The notes under the pieces: generated by a model
Told to the model about the DNA's origin: nothing
Database searches by the model: none
The model's input: only the letters and a program-made list of their open reading frames with translations
In this document: positions 1 to 12,802 of the stretch, in pieces
Layout: each line of letters starts with the position of its first letter
How positions within the stretch are numbered: the first letter of the stretch is position 1
Assembly (NCBI RefSeq): GCF_009914755.1
Contig: NC_060928.1
Origin: the human T2T-CHM13v2.0 reference genome, Homo sapiens
Direction: 5' to 3' (one strand)
DNA length: 64,000 bases
Position numbers and translations under genes: made by a program

Positions 1-211
1 CTCTTCAAAAGAATTCCATAAAAATGTACATTGCTTTTTAATGTTTTCTTTTGGGTTTTGGATTCTTTTCAATGCAAAACTGTATTGTGACTCATCATGA
101 AATACCCAGTTTTATTTGGGTTACAAAAAAAGAAAACATTAAAAATTCATAATTCCATCTTTAGACTCTACTAGGGTTTAAAACATGGTAAAGATAGTAT
201 GTATGCATATG

Positions 212-791
<580 letters not shown>

Positions 792-1807
792 ATTTATTGT
801 CTTTTATTCCTCTGAGGAGAGCACACACACAGAAAATACATCATGGTCTTTTCAAGCACGTAGAGCTTGCTAGCCACTGGCTTCTTCTCTTGATAATGGC
901 TCTAATGTCATAATTAGCTTGGCCTCTTCTAGAATGTTCCTTTCTGATAAAGGCATTTTGGCTGTAGGAACTTGTGACCAATGCTGTAGGTGCAATCTCA
1001 GAGGACTTGAGACATCAAAACCTTTTGTTTCCTCTGTGAGAGAGAATTCTCTTCTGTGTAGAGAATTATTGATCAACCATCTTTAGTTTAAATGATTATG
1101 TGTAGCTGCTAGTTCTAAATAATACATGGATTCCCTTCTGTAATTCTCTATACATGCTTTCACCAAAATAAATAAATAAATGATGAAAACTATGGAAGAC
1201 AAAATCCTACATTATTTTGAAACAACAAAGGCTAAAATAGGGGCAAAACCCCCTTCAAGTCCTTTCAAGAGGGTTGAAAGGAAACTTCCTTTCCTTCTGT
1301 TTGGACCTCAGGGGAGATTCTTATCGTTTCTGGAATCCCATGCCTGCTTATGTTTCCCAGATGTTCTTTCAGATAATTAATCCCTCCTCCAATTTATTCC
1401 TCCTCTTCTCCCTGCACCCAACAGAAATAGGTTGAAAATTCTTGCACCTTTTTGATAAGAGAGAATGGACATAAAAAGCATCTAATGACTAAAAATCCTC
1501 ATATAAATGTTGTAGAATCATTTCAATTTTTAATAGAAGTGTACCTGTTAAAAAAGGACTAGAGAATCCACCAAATATCAGAGTCCCTTGGTCTTGCATT
1601 CCTTAGTTTCTTACTCTTTTTTCTTTGGTGATCACTGTACCTCCTTCCTTACCCTTTCTCTCTTGTCCATTTCTGGAGAGTTGCTCTTGACTTCCAGGAA
1701 TTTCTTGGCATTTCTGAAAACCTAGTTCCCCTCGTCCCCTTCTTATCCCCATGGTGTCTGATATTACTTTTAATATCATCTTCAGTTATCTCTGTTGCAT
1801 GTTGGTT

Positions 1808-1910
1808 CCATTAATATGTGCTGAATAGCTCCTTTTTGCCAGGCATGTCTCTTGGAACTGAAGATTGATGCAAAGATAAATTGAGATCATGGTCCCTGCC
1901 CTTGAAGGTA
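1808..1910 (-). mobile_element. L2 3' end fragment
   Basis: TGCCAGGCATG...ATGGTCCCTGCCCTTGAAGG resembles the antisense L2 3' terminus; highly diverged. Confidence 0.45.
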
Positions 1911-3271
1911 GGAGAAAGGAAAGCCCCACATTAATTCACTATGCAGAATCTGACTGAGATGTCAACAACCCACACTGTTATACAGATATGACGGCAGGTG
2001 GGGGAGCTGGGGAGGACACTTTTGTCTGCATGACTCTAAAGATCTGCCTGTTTCCCCTCCACTGTGCTGTCCTCCCTCAGCTATGGCTGGAAGGCTGAGA
2101 AACAAATCCACTACAGTTGGGGAAAAGGAACGACCACATTGTGAGCATCCGCTATGTGCCTGTCACTCTGGATATATCGTTTAAAGGATATAAAGTAGCC
2201 ATTGAATTAGTGTCTGCACTTTCTACATGGAGGGAGGGTTGAGATGTTTTAATTAGGTGACCCAGATGCATATTTAGAGGCTGTGAGTGAGAACACAGAG
2301 GACAGGAAGCATTTATAGGGTGGCGGTTTAGGGTTAAAAAGTTCGTATTTCAAGATACAGCAGGAGGCAAAATGGACAAGGCCAAGGAAGAGTGGAAGTG
2401 GAAATACTATGTCTCAGAGAGCAAGGGGTATAGTATTTTTCCTGAGATAGGATTGAAGAAGGGGCAATGGATAAAGAGATACATTCAAAGATGGAGAGAA
2501 GAGCATTTGGAGAATCTATCCCCAGCAGGTTTTTACCAAAGCCAGTGGGTCCAATGATGAAGGTTACATTAGATCATTTCAAGGGTTTGGTGTCATAAAA
2601 CACAAGAGACAAACTGTTTCTATTAGTAGTAGAAATGGGAAGGAGCAAAACAGATACACACTAAGTAGGTGGGATGCCAGCAGTTCAGTATTACCTTTAT
2701 AATAGTTACATAAAACAAGCCAGGAAAGAAAGTTAGTGAATATGGGCTCTGGGTCATTATAGAATTCATTTAGAGAAGAAGAATTTCAGTTAGTAGCCTT
2801 CCTGAAAAGAGATGATAAAGAGGCCAGGATTACGCCCAGGGTCTAAGTACCGGCTGAGTATGAGGAAATTGACTCTCCTCCAACTCTGGGGTAGAAGAAA
2901 CATGATTGGATCAGAGGGAGAGAGATGATTGAGTCATTAGTTAGGCAAAGCAAGAGCTGACGACAATGATAAAGCACTAATGCATCCAAGAGATTTTTTT
3001 CCCCACTCTAGTGGCAATTTTTTACACTTTAAAAAAAGAAAGTGAAGTCGACTGATTTGTCTTGCTGACTTTAGAAAGCATTTAAAAATCTTTTAATGAC
3101 ACTCGATTATGTTAAACGGTACATTTCTCCTCTTTAATTTCTCCTTGCCTCAAGTGTGTCCACCCACTTGTCCTAGTTTCCCTGATTAGGCACCTGGTGG
3201 CAACCAATGATGTGAGTTACAGGAATGAAAAGGCATAAAAACCTACTTTAGGATTTACTGAAGTTCCAGGA

Positions 3272-3561
3272 GGCTGGGCGTGGAGGCTCCCACCTGTAAT
3301 CCCAGCACTCTGGGAGGCTGAGGTGGGAGGATCGCTTGAGCTCAGGAGTTTGAGATCAGCCTGGGCAACATAGTGAGACTGTCTCTACAAGAAATAAAAA
3401 AATTAGCCGGTGTGATGGTGCACTTGTGTAGTCCCAGCTATTCGAGAAGCTGAGGTGGGGAGGATAACTTGAGCCCAGGAGTTCAAGGCTGCAGTGAGCT
3501 ATGATTCAGCCACTGTACTCCAGCCTGGGCAAAAGAGTGAGACTCTGTCTCTAGAAAAAAA
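3272..3561 (+). mobile_element. Alu (AluJ), full length
   Basis: GGCTGGGCGTGG...GGAGGATCGCTTGAGC...AAGGCTGCAGTGAGCTATGAT...A tail; degenerate TSD AGTTCCAGGA/GGTTCCAAGA. Confidence 0.93.
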
Positions 3562-3917
3562 GGTTCCAAGAATGTCATGGGGAATTTTATCACTTCTATT
3601 CTCTGGACATTTCACTGGGACTAATTTCTCTCATAAATTGGATGGGTGTTTTCCTTGAACAGATTCTGGACTAAATTGGGAAGTGGTACCTAAGTGCCTT
3701 CTTTGCCTCTTTTCTGTGACTCATTTCCTGCTCTTCATGTCTCTCTCCAATCTGGATGTTTCATATTCTCATAAAGGCTTGTGCTCAGTGCCTGTCAACT
3801 TAGAAGACACCTCCGCTAATGTGGAGATAATAGCTACCCCTCTAAGAGCTTAGCTTCTGGGATTCTTACAAGGGCCATTCAGAGACCTCACTTTGATTGA
3901 ACTCAAATGAAACAATG

Positions 3918-4215
3918 TTTTTTTTTTTTTTGGAGACAGGGTCTCACTTTGTCACCTAGGCTGGAGCACAGTGGCACAAACATACCTCGCTATGATCTCG
4001 AACTCCTGGGCTCTAGCGATCCTCCTGCCTCATCCTCCTGTGTGGCTGGAACTACAGGCATGCATCATCATGTCCAGCTAATTTTTTTCTTTTTATTTTT
4101 ATAGAGACAGGGTCTTGCTATGTTGACCCTGGTCTCAAACTCCTGGCTTCAAGTGTTCCTCCTGCCTCAGCCTCCCAGGTCCTGGGATTATAGGCACAAT
4201 CCACTGTGCCTGGCC
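3918..4215 (-). mobile_element. Alu (AluJ), full length
   Basis: Antisense Alu with J diagnostics; TSD TGAAACAA on both flanks. Confidence 0.93.
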
Positions 4216-5464
4216 TGAAACAAATCTTTAATGGTAAAATTTTAGGTATCATAATAGGTTGCTGGAGAAGTGTTCTGGATTAAGGAAACTTTGGGAGCCC
4301 TTTGAATTCTACCCTGTGAGAAGCTTCACACACTTAGAATTTCTGAGCTCACCAGACTCTGATGTCCTAGTTGCTAGGAGTTTAGAGTAACATGAAGCTG
4401 ACACTTGGACACTGTTCTTTTCCTCTGTTAATCATCTATGACTAACCAACCACATTCTGCAGGACTTAAAAGTATTCTAGTAGCCAAATTAGCTAGTAGT
4501 CCTTAATGCTTTTAAGCATCAGAAAGTGAAAAATATCAAAGAACTATTGCTGCATTTGAGGAGCTAGAATGAAGTTTGGTTTGGCTTGAGGAGAATTGAT
4601 GACACCCAGGAGTATGTGCTGGTTTCCATTTGGTTCCCATTCACAGGCAAACGGAAAGTACATACAGCCTGGGGTAGGTCAGGCCAGCAGATATTTAAGT
4701 TGTTCAGTAGTGGCTGGGCCTGGGAATATGGGGTGATTTTGAAGAATTAAGTTCTGCAAAAGATTCAAGAGTACAAAGCTGCCTTCATCTTAGTCAAATG
4801 CAGGCAATCAATCTGTCCTTTGCATGTAATAAACTGGGACCTTAGAAGTGAAGATTAAATAATCTGGGATGGAAAATTGGTTGGAGAAGGTCCAGCCTGA
4901 CCTACATGTAGACATTTCTCCTGCCTTGTCTTGTCTCTTGCTACAAATCATCCTGCAAGGATTAGGTAACAGCAACTTCAATTCACACACCTTTGAAGGA
5001 TGGTGACTTCAGCATTATCCACGGTGAAATTCACAGCCAACAATCAATACGTATTTTCAGGCAAAGAACCATTATTCATTTCTGTTATCGGACAATCTCA
5101 GGCAGAAATCATATCTTTTGTGACTGGAATGCACAGCATTTTCAACTGCTTTATTACTGCAGCTGAGAATAGGGCTTTGCGCTGACTGGCATTTAGCTGC
5201 TGAAGTTTTCTGGACTGGCATTTGCATTGGGGTATCCAGGACAAGTGTGGGTTTTGAAGGGAAGGGAACGAGGGGGAGAAGAAGGAAAGAAAGAGCCGTC
5301 TGCAGGTAAAGGCCATTTTTGTTAGCTTGAAGCAGCATGATTTGTTATCATTGACACTGAGTGCAATGTTGATTTAACTTTTGCACTGGGGGTATTGACT
5401 TTACATTGAAAAGACAGACACCAACCATTGTCTGACAATGACCAACACAATCAGAATTTCAGAC

Positions 5465-5655
5465 CTAGCATGATGTAGAGGAGGAAAGTCTGCCAGAAGA
5501 CAAAGGATCTTGTCCTGGTTCTTTGAAGAATTAGTTGTGTGAAGCTAGCCAAGTTGCTTTACCTCTTTGGGCATCAGTTTTTGCATCTGTAAGAAGATGT
5601 AGAATACTTGACTTATGTTCCCTTCCAGCTCTGACAGGCTTTGACTCTATGATTG
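5465..5655 (+). mobile_element. MIR (MIR3/MIRc-like)
   Basis: Core ...GTGTGAAGCTAGCCAAGTTGCTTTACCTCTTTGGGCATCAGTTTTTGCATCTGTAA... and 3' CCCTTCCAGCTCTGAC...CTCTATGATT. Confidence 0.65.
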
Positions 5656-6067
5656 GGGTTCTGTTTTACTCTTCATTAACATCATAAATTCATAAAATGA
5701 GGGAGATTGCTAAAAAATATAAACACAAATATGCCTTAATCCACTTATTGAAGTGCCAACTGCTGGCTGATTTTTATTTTCAAAATCATCTATTAAGATG
5801 GGAATATGATGAAGCCATTACTTAGAAGTTAACTAGTTTCCTACACACTTTTCAGATCGTGGTAATGATATTCACCAACATTTGTATAGTTCTCTAAAGT
5901 GTGCAGAAGATTCCACATGCACCGTCTCATTTTCTTCTTCCTTAATCTATAACTCTCAGTTTTGTAGTGCAGCTGAGGAGGGAGATGAAAACACTGTTTA
6001 CATTTTTTACATCGGTTTACATTTTTTTTGGCAAAAAAGTTGTGTTTTGTCTGAAGAATGGGTTTAT

Positions 6068-6190
6068 TAATCCAGCAGTGTTCATTGAGCCTCTATGAAG
6101 TGTCAAGACCTGTGCTATAGATGAGGAGATCAGGATAGACATGGTGCTACCCTTGTGGAGTTCACAGTGCAGTAACAAGAACATAATCAA
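6068..6190 (-). mobile_element. L2 3' fragment
   Basis: TTCATTGAGCCTCTATGAAGTGTCAAGACCTGTGCTA...CCTTGTGGAGTTCACAG, typical of the antisense L2 end. Confidence 0.5.
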
Positions 6191-6632
6191 CACATGATTG
6201 GATAAATTAGAGAGTGGTGAGAATTTTGTTGCTTCATGGAAACTGGGTTGTCCAGGAGTGGTGATAGAACAAGGGTACTATAACCTTCCCATGGCTGGAA
6301 GGAACACAGTGCTCACTCCTCCTCTGCAAATGCTGTTTGGGGATGTAAGTTGGCCATCTCAGGTCAATTTTCAGGGGTTGCATCAGCCCGGCACACGAGG
6401 CCCCACTGATTTTGGTTTGAGATGCCCTTCCAATCGAAAGCCCATTTTCCTGTTTCACAGAATGAAAGCAAATACTCTTAATGGGGCCGTTGGGCTTCAA
6501 GTCTGTGCCAAACAATTGGCTTTCCCAGCACTTTCATAACCACGCAGCTCTGGATTTTTCAGGAGCCCGTGCAAGACTAGTTTGTTGTATAAAACGCATC
6601 CAAGAATTTTTCCTCATAGCACTGAATGGTAA

Positions 6633-6980
<348 letters not shown>

Positions 6981-7261
6981 GGGTTCACTCTTAAGAGATG
7001 AATTCATCCTGTCGTTCATTATGGCCAAGTCTTCACAATAGGAGGCGGGGCACAGTGACTCTAGGGTGTGTGTGGATAGGCTGCCCAGTGTTGTGTTTAC
7101 ATTGAGGCTCATCTGCGATTCCCCGTGCCTGGCATACAGCCTAGCATACAGTAGGTGCTGATTACACGCTTGCTTATCCAAAACACTACTCAAATGTATT
7201 GCTTTTTACTGTTTTTTCTTTTGTCCATTTTTTTTGTTAATTACCAAAATAATTTATATTT

Positions 7262-7448
7262 AATTTTTTTTATTTCAATAGATTTTTGGGGAACAGACAT
7301 GAATAAGTTCTTTAGTGGTGATTTCTGAGATATTGATGCACCCATCACCCCAGCAATGTACACTGTACCCAATGTGTGGTCTTTTATCGCTCACCCCCTC
7401 CTACCCTTTCCCCTGAGTTCCTACAGTCTATTGTATCATTCTTATGCC
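7262..7448 (-). mobile_element. L1PB1-like 3' end, 5'-truncated
   Basis: TTTCAATAGATTTTTGGGGAACAG...TGCACCCATCACCC...CATTCTTATGCC matches the L1PB 3' UTR; ~16-bp TSD AAA(A/G)TAATTTAT(A/G)TTT. Confidence 0.8.
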
Positions 7449-7489
7449 AAAGTAATTTATGTTTGAGGTAAAAAAAATTAACCATATAA

Positions 7490-7975
7490 AAATGATTTAA
7501 AAGTGAATGGTCCTTCATCCCCTTCCACAGAAATTACCACTGTAAACCATTTGATCCTTTTAGACCTTTTCAACACATGCATGCATTCATTCTTCTCACT
7601 TCAAAAATAGTATTTAAAACACAGCTTGAAACTGGTTATTTTTACTTATCAACAAAAATCTGACTTTTTTCATCTCAGTTATATTGATCTATCTGAATCG
7701 TTTCACAATGCTTCATGGCATAATGCAACATAATTTGTGAATAAGTTTTTCTATTGAATGACACTAGTTGTTTCCAATCCTTTCCCAAAGGATCGTTTGT
7801 CAAAATGCTTTAATGAATTTCTTGATTGTATACATATATTTTGATAATTGTGAGAGCATTTCTTCAGAATATATTTCTGGAAGTAAAATTGTTAGGGCAA
7901 GAATTATGCATAAGAAACTCTTTTTGTAGACACTGATAAATTGCCTATTAAATGCTGTATGAATTTCTACTTTAA
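7490..7975 (-). mobile_element. Old L1 (L1ME-type) fragment
   Basis: TAGTTGTTTCCAAT...ATATATTTCTGGAAGTAAAATTGTTAGGGCAAG...ATAAATTGCC follows the antisense L1M ORF2-end/3' UTR pattern. Confidence 0.6.
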
Positions 7976-7984
7976 AATGTTTTT

Positions 7985-8830
7985 GGTGTTAGTGATAAGA
8001 AAGTCAACCCAGTGCAGAAAGGAAATTTAATGGACCTTGTACTGAAAGGTTCAGAGTGTAGCTGGTTTCAGGCTTGGTTTGATACAGGCTCAGAAATGAT
8101 GTCATCTGGCTCCAGGTTCTCTCTCCTGGCCTCTCAGCTCTTATTCCTCTTTGGTGGCTTCATCTCAAACAAGTTTCCCTCATAGTCTTAAAACATCTCT
8201 GGCTGGGTACTGTGGCTCATGCCTCTAATTCCAGAACTTTGGGAGGCTGAGGCAGGAGGATTGCCTATGCCCAGGAGTTTGAGACTAGCCTGGGCAATAT
8301 AGCGAGACCCTGTCTTTGCAAAAAATTAACAAAAAATTTAGCCAGGCATGGTGGTATGCACTTGTAGTCCTAGCTTCTCAGGAGGCTGAGGCAAGAGGAT
8401 CACTTGAGCCCAGGAGGTCAAGGCTGCAGTGAGCTGTGATTATGCCACTGCATTCCAGCCTGGGAGACAGAGTGAACCTTGTCTCAAAAAGCAAACGAAC
8501 AAACAAACAAAAATCAAAACTCCCCAAAACCTCCAAAACCCAAACCAAACCAAAAGCAAAAAACAAAACAGCTGTGGAACTCTAGGCTTCATCATTTCAG
8601 GTTTTAGCTCAGTGAATACAGGTTTATTTCCCAGAAGTTCCAGTCAGTGTCTCATTTGATTTGATTGGTCACGTGTCCGTCTCTGAACCACGTAGAGTGT
8701 CCAGGGCCATGAAGGCTTTTGTTGGCCCAGCCTGGAGCTGGGTGTAGAGTCAGCTGCACCAGAACTACATGGGCTGAGAGCAGGGCAGGATAGCTCACCA
8801 ATGAAAGTTGGTAGCTATTTCTGGAGGCAG
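7985..8830 (-). mobile_element. MaLR solo LTR (MLT1K/L-like), split by an AluJ
   Basis: GCTGGTTTCAGGCTTGGTTTGATACAGGCTCAGAAATGATGTCATC upstream and TGATTGGTCACGTGTCCGTCTCTGAACCA...CCCAGCCTGGAGCTGGG downstream of the Alu. Confidence 0.6.
8201..8564 (+). mobile_element. Alu (AluJ) with extended (AAAC)-rich tail
   Basis: Complete dimer with J diagnostics; degenerate TSD AAAACA(T/G)CT(C/G)T. Confidence 0.92.
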
Positions 8831-9380
8831 GGTCAGTGTGTAGAGTGTGAAGTCAATAAAGGTGGATGGAGTACTGTGGAGACAGATTCTTTCCTGTGGA
8901 CTTATGAGTGTAAGTTCAGTTTTATCTTGGTCTTTGGGAAAGCTGTCACTGAGGATCAATTTGGTGATATGACTTAATGACATTCCTTACACCGCTAACT
9001 GGGACGACAATTATGTACTGCTGAAGTGTGTTTAAGGGTTATCCTTAGATAAGATTGGATTTATAGCTGAAAAAGAAACACAGTCCCTTTAAAAGAAGGA
9101 ACAGATGAATTAAAGAACAAAAACATCTTAATGGTTTTGTTAAGATTGCTATGGAAATAACTGAATGCAAATTTCATTTTAAGTCTCTTGAAGTTAGCAA
9201 TCTATTGAGAGGAGAGAAGTTTGCAGCAGGATTTTTTTTTTTTTTTTTTTAGAGAGAGAGAGAAGGAGGAGGAGGAGGGAGAGGAAGAAGACTTAAAGTT
9301 GGGGCAAAAACTCTTACGGTTAGGGCAAAAAGAGTTTGAGGTTTTTTAATCTGGAAGAGACCTGTAAGATTGTTTAGGCC

Positions 9381-10045
9381 TATGGTTCTCAAATTTGAGT
9401 GAGAATCACCTGGAAATGTTCTTAAAACACAGATTTCTGGGGTGAATCCTAGAGATTCTTCCTTAGTTGGTCTGGGAAAGGGTCAAATATTAACATTTCT
9501 GATAAATTCCCCAGTGATCCTCATGCCAACATTGTGGTGGTGAAACTGGTCGAATTTTCCCATAGAACTGATATTTACAGGTTTTTTTTTTTTTTTTTTT
9601 TTTTAAACAAATGTAGAAATTGACCCTCCGGGGTTTTAAAACTTGAAACTTTCGTTTGCCTCATCTGGGTTGCTTCCTCAGGAAATGAGCCCTCAGGCAA
9701 GAGACTAAAAATCACCAGATCACTGCAACTGGATAATGACAGCCAGACCCTTCATTTGTCATGATTGCTTGTTTATTCTGCCCTAATTCCTTCCCGCCTA
9801 TAGCTACATTCCTTCTACCAGTACAGAAACCCCCCAGTTTTAGTTGGCCAGGGAGACAGATTTGAGGCTTTGTTTCCTGTTCTCCTTGGCTGCTGAGCCA
9901 AGTGAAAGCCTTCTTCTTTGGTAATAGTCATTGTCTCAGTGATTGGCATTCTGCGTGGTGAACAGCAGGACCTAGACTGACCTTTGGCATTGGGGTAACA
10001 GTGGCTGATGCTACTGGTGGAGGAACCACACCTTGAGAAGCACTG
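9381..10045 (-). mobile_element. MER5A (hAT-Charlie MITE), split by an ERV1 LTR
   Basis: TGGTTCTCAAA...AGAATCACCTGG...TTCCCCAGTGAT (9381-9530) resumes as CTGATGCTACTGG...CACACCTTGAGAAGCACTG (10005-10045). Confidence 0.75.
9541..10000 (+). mobile_element. ERV1 solo LTR (LOR1/LTR26-like)
   Basis: TGAAACTGG...CCCATAGAACTGAT start and ...GGTAACA end; exact 4-bp TSD GTGG (9537-9540, 10001-10004). Confidence 0.85.
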
Positions 10046-10172
10046 ATCTAGGCACCTTCCACTCCTCTCAGTCTATAGATGGGAAAATGGAAACTCGGAG
10101 AGGTGAGGGGCTGGCTCACGGTGACTCTGGGAGAAAGCAGAGGAGCTGGGGCTAGAATCACCTCTCCTGGCT
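10046..10172 (-). mobile_element. MIR fragment (host of the MER5A; other piece at ~9345-9380)
   Basis: TATAGATGGGAAAATGGAAACTCGGAGAGGTGAGGGGCTGGCTCACGGTGAC...GGGCTAGAATC antisense MIR core. Confidence 0.6.
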
Positions 10173-10292
10173 GCTTCCCTGCCCTCCCCTTCTCCCCTCT
10201 TCTCTTTCCTCTCCCTGCCCGCCCCTTCCCTTGCCTCCTCCTCTTTCCCCCATTTTCCTCCCCTCCTCTCTCTCTTTCCCTTTCCTTCCTTC
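10173..10292. repeat. CT-rich low-complexity (polypyrimidine) tract
   Basis: About 120 bp almost entirely C/T on the + strand. Confidence 0.8.
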
Positions 10293-10609
10293 TGTAAAGG
10301 AACTGACCCCTGGTCTGGTTAATGTCAAGGTTACAGAGTAGAGTCAGGAAAGAACCCAAACCTCTTGACTTCCAGGTTGGTGCTTACCCCACGTGTCAAG
10401 TTTCCTGCTCCTGGAGAAGCAAGACACCAGGAGATTATGGGGTTTCCCTCTCAGTAGCTGGATCATTCTGAAAGTGTTTTTCTTTGAAGGTGAGAACAAA
10501 GACAGCCTGCATTATTAGGCAGGATGACCCTGAGACACATGACAGAGGGAGGCTGTCAGCAGTAACAAAGAGGCTCTCTGGTTTGGGAAAAAAAGGTGCT
10601 TGTAGTTGT

Positions 10610-11158
10610 TGTGGGAGACGAAAAAGCGTTTCTTTGACTTTCTTATATTTAGTACCTGGGGGCCTTCAAATTAAACTAACAAAGACAGATTAACAGCAGG
10701 AAAAGAAAAGCATACAGTTTTATTCGTATTTTACGTGCATGGGAGTTCACAGAAAAGAAGTGAAACTCAAAGAAGTGGTTAGTTAGGCTCCAGGGCTAAT
10801 ATCGCATTTTAACAAAAGAAAGGGGGTTTAGGCTTCAGAGGATGAGACAGGGTAGGGAAGTGACTGAAAAATATATGGGAGAACTAATGGAAGATAAAAC
10901 CTTATTTTAGTGGGGTCTGTTTTTGCAGACTCCTCTTGGTGTCAACTCTCTGTCTCTGGTGATGACTGCTTTTGCTCCCCGGTATTGGGGTGAAGGGTGG
11001 GACACTTTCACAAAGGGAAATTTACACCCTGCTTTTAGGCAGACAAGAGGAGGGCAGAGAACTCTTCCTGCATCTGTTGATTCTCAATTGCCTTCAGCTC
11101 AAAATAATCCTTATGCCAAAGTGGCACGTTTTGAAGCGGCATATTCTGGATCTCTTCA
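10610..11158 (-). mobile_element. ERV1 solo LTR, MER34 family
   Basis: Reverse complement starts TGAAGAGATCCAGAATATGCC...GTGCCACTTTGGCATAAGGATTATTTTGAGCTGAAGGCAATTGAG (MER34 signature); TG...CA termini; TSD TTGT/TTGG. Confidence 0.85.
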
Positions 11159-12149
11159 TTGGATGGAGGATTCACAGACTTGCCAACATCAAGGGTGGTG
11201 AAATGTAGATGCATGCTAAAGCAGTGTCCCAGTGTCACAGGGTGAGGGAATCAGGGCCATGCTCATCCAGCCCAGGGGAAGCTAAGCTTAGATTAAAGGG
11301 ACTTATTTAAGAGCCTAGTAAAATTAAATTTCAAATGATTTTTATTAAAAAACTTACCTTAATTGTGTATTATATTTTAGAGTCTAGTATTTACTGATGT
11401 TGCTTAATGAATAACTCTATTTTGGCTTTTAGAAAATATCTGTGTTATCCATACCTATGTAAAGGATAGTTATTTTTACCACTAGATAATTAGTAAGTGA
11501 CTATTATCTACCTTATCTTATCCCAATTACAGGCAACATAACTAGGAAGAAATAAATGGCTTCGGGCATGCTGGACTTGCGAACACAAATTTATGAAGTG
11601 ACAGCTAGTGTCATGATGCTCCTGCCTCAAGATGACCTCCCAACCCAGAGCCCGGCTGCTTGGGTGAAACATTTTCCCCTCCCTGAATTGTCTTGCAAAA
11701 TGTAAACACACATTGTCACTCCGAAGGAGTTAGTTTATCAGATTTCTTCCCTTGGTGATAGGAGGGATCTAGGGCAGGCTGAGCAGGGAGGTGAGGTGGA
11801 GGATGACAGAAGCACAGACAGGGATGCCTGGGGCTTGTGACTCACCCACAGGAGTACAGCAAGTGCATGTGAGACGCTTCTCAGGATTTATATGTTAGCT
11901 TTTCTCCCCAATTTTGGAAGGCAAGGAATTGTAGTCAGCAATCGGCCAGGTGAGGGGAGTATTTTTGGTGCAAGGGACTGTCCAAGGGATACTGACTGCA
12001 GTGTCCTCCCATCTTCACTGTTTTCTTAAAGGGACTCACTCCTTCCCTGATTTTCTGGTGTCCTCCAGGTTCATCAGCAGTTATTTGGATGGTCTTCTGA
12101 TGTGCAAGCCCAGCGTGGTAGGATGTGGTAGAAAGGGCGTATCACACAC

Positions 12150-12375
12150 TGATGCTGCATCAGCTCAGTTTAACCTCAGTTCTACTGCCATGTGACCCGA
12201 GGGCCAGTTATAAACCCTCTTAGAGCTTTGGTTTCCTTAGATGCAAAAGGGGACAAATTTATATATATGTACACACACATATATACACACATATATATGC
12301 ACACACATATATATATATATAAAAAATATATTAGTGCAGATTAAGGGGGTAACATGTAAAGTATCTGGTACAATA
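12150..12375 (+). mobile_element. MIR interrupted by a (TA/CA)n microsatellite (12258-12330)
   Basis: GCCATGTGACCCGAGGGCCAGTTATAAACCCTCT...TTTCCTTAGATGCAAAAGGGG, then TA/CA repeats, then GATTAAGG...ACATGTAAAGTATCTGG. Confidence 0.65.
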
Positions 12376-12387
12376 AAATCTAGGCCA

Positions 12388-12802
12388 TTGCAGTGTAGGT
12401 TTTTGGAAGCTGATGCTGAGATGGAGTTTGGGTTGCAAGACATTTATTAGGGATCAGCTCCTGCGCTTAGAAACGGGGGGAAGCAAGAACTGGGCAGAGG
12501 GACAGGTTGAGCTGTAATGTGGGCCCCGGAGAGCCTTGGCCAACCCGAGGAGCCCTGCAGTGAGTATTGTCCATCTGCATTGTCCCATGAGGGGCTGAGA
12601 TGGCCAGCCCTTAGAGCCTTGCTTCACTCAGTCACCAGACCTGGCTCCCTGAGAAGGAGGTGTTCTAGGGTGAGGCAACTCCAGCTGCAGAGGCAGCCCC
12701 TGAGCTGCTGTCAGAGGCTGCCTGCTCTGGCCACCTCCTGCAGCTGCACAGCAAGTGCTTCCTGAAGGATGGTCTGGGTGGCTCATTTTCATGCCTACCA
12801 CA
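12388..12802 (-). mobile_element. ERVL solo LTR, LTR16 family
   Basis: GGAAGCTGATGCTGAGATGGAGTTTGGGTTGCAAGACATTTATTAGGG...CTGGGCAGAGGGACAGGTTGAGCTG...CCTGAAGGATGGTCTGGGTGGC...CTACCACA. Confidence 0.75.
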
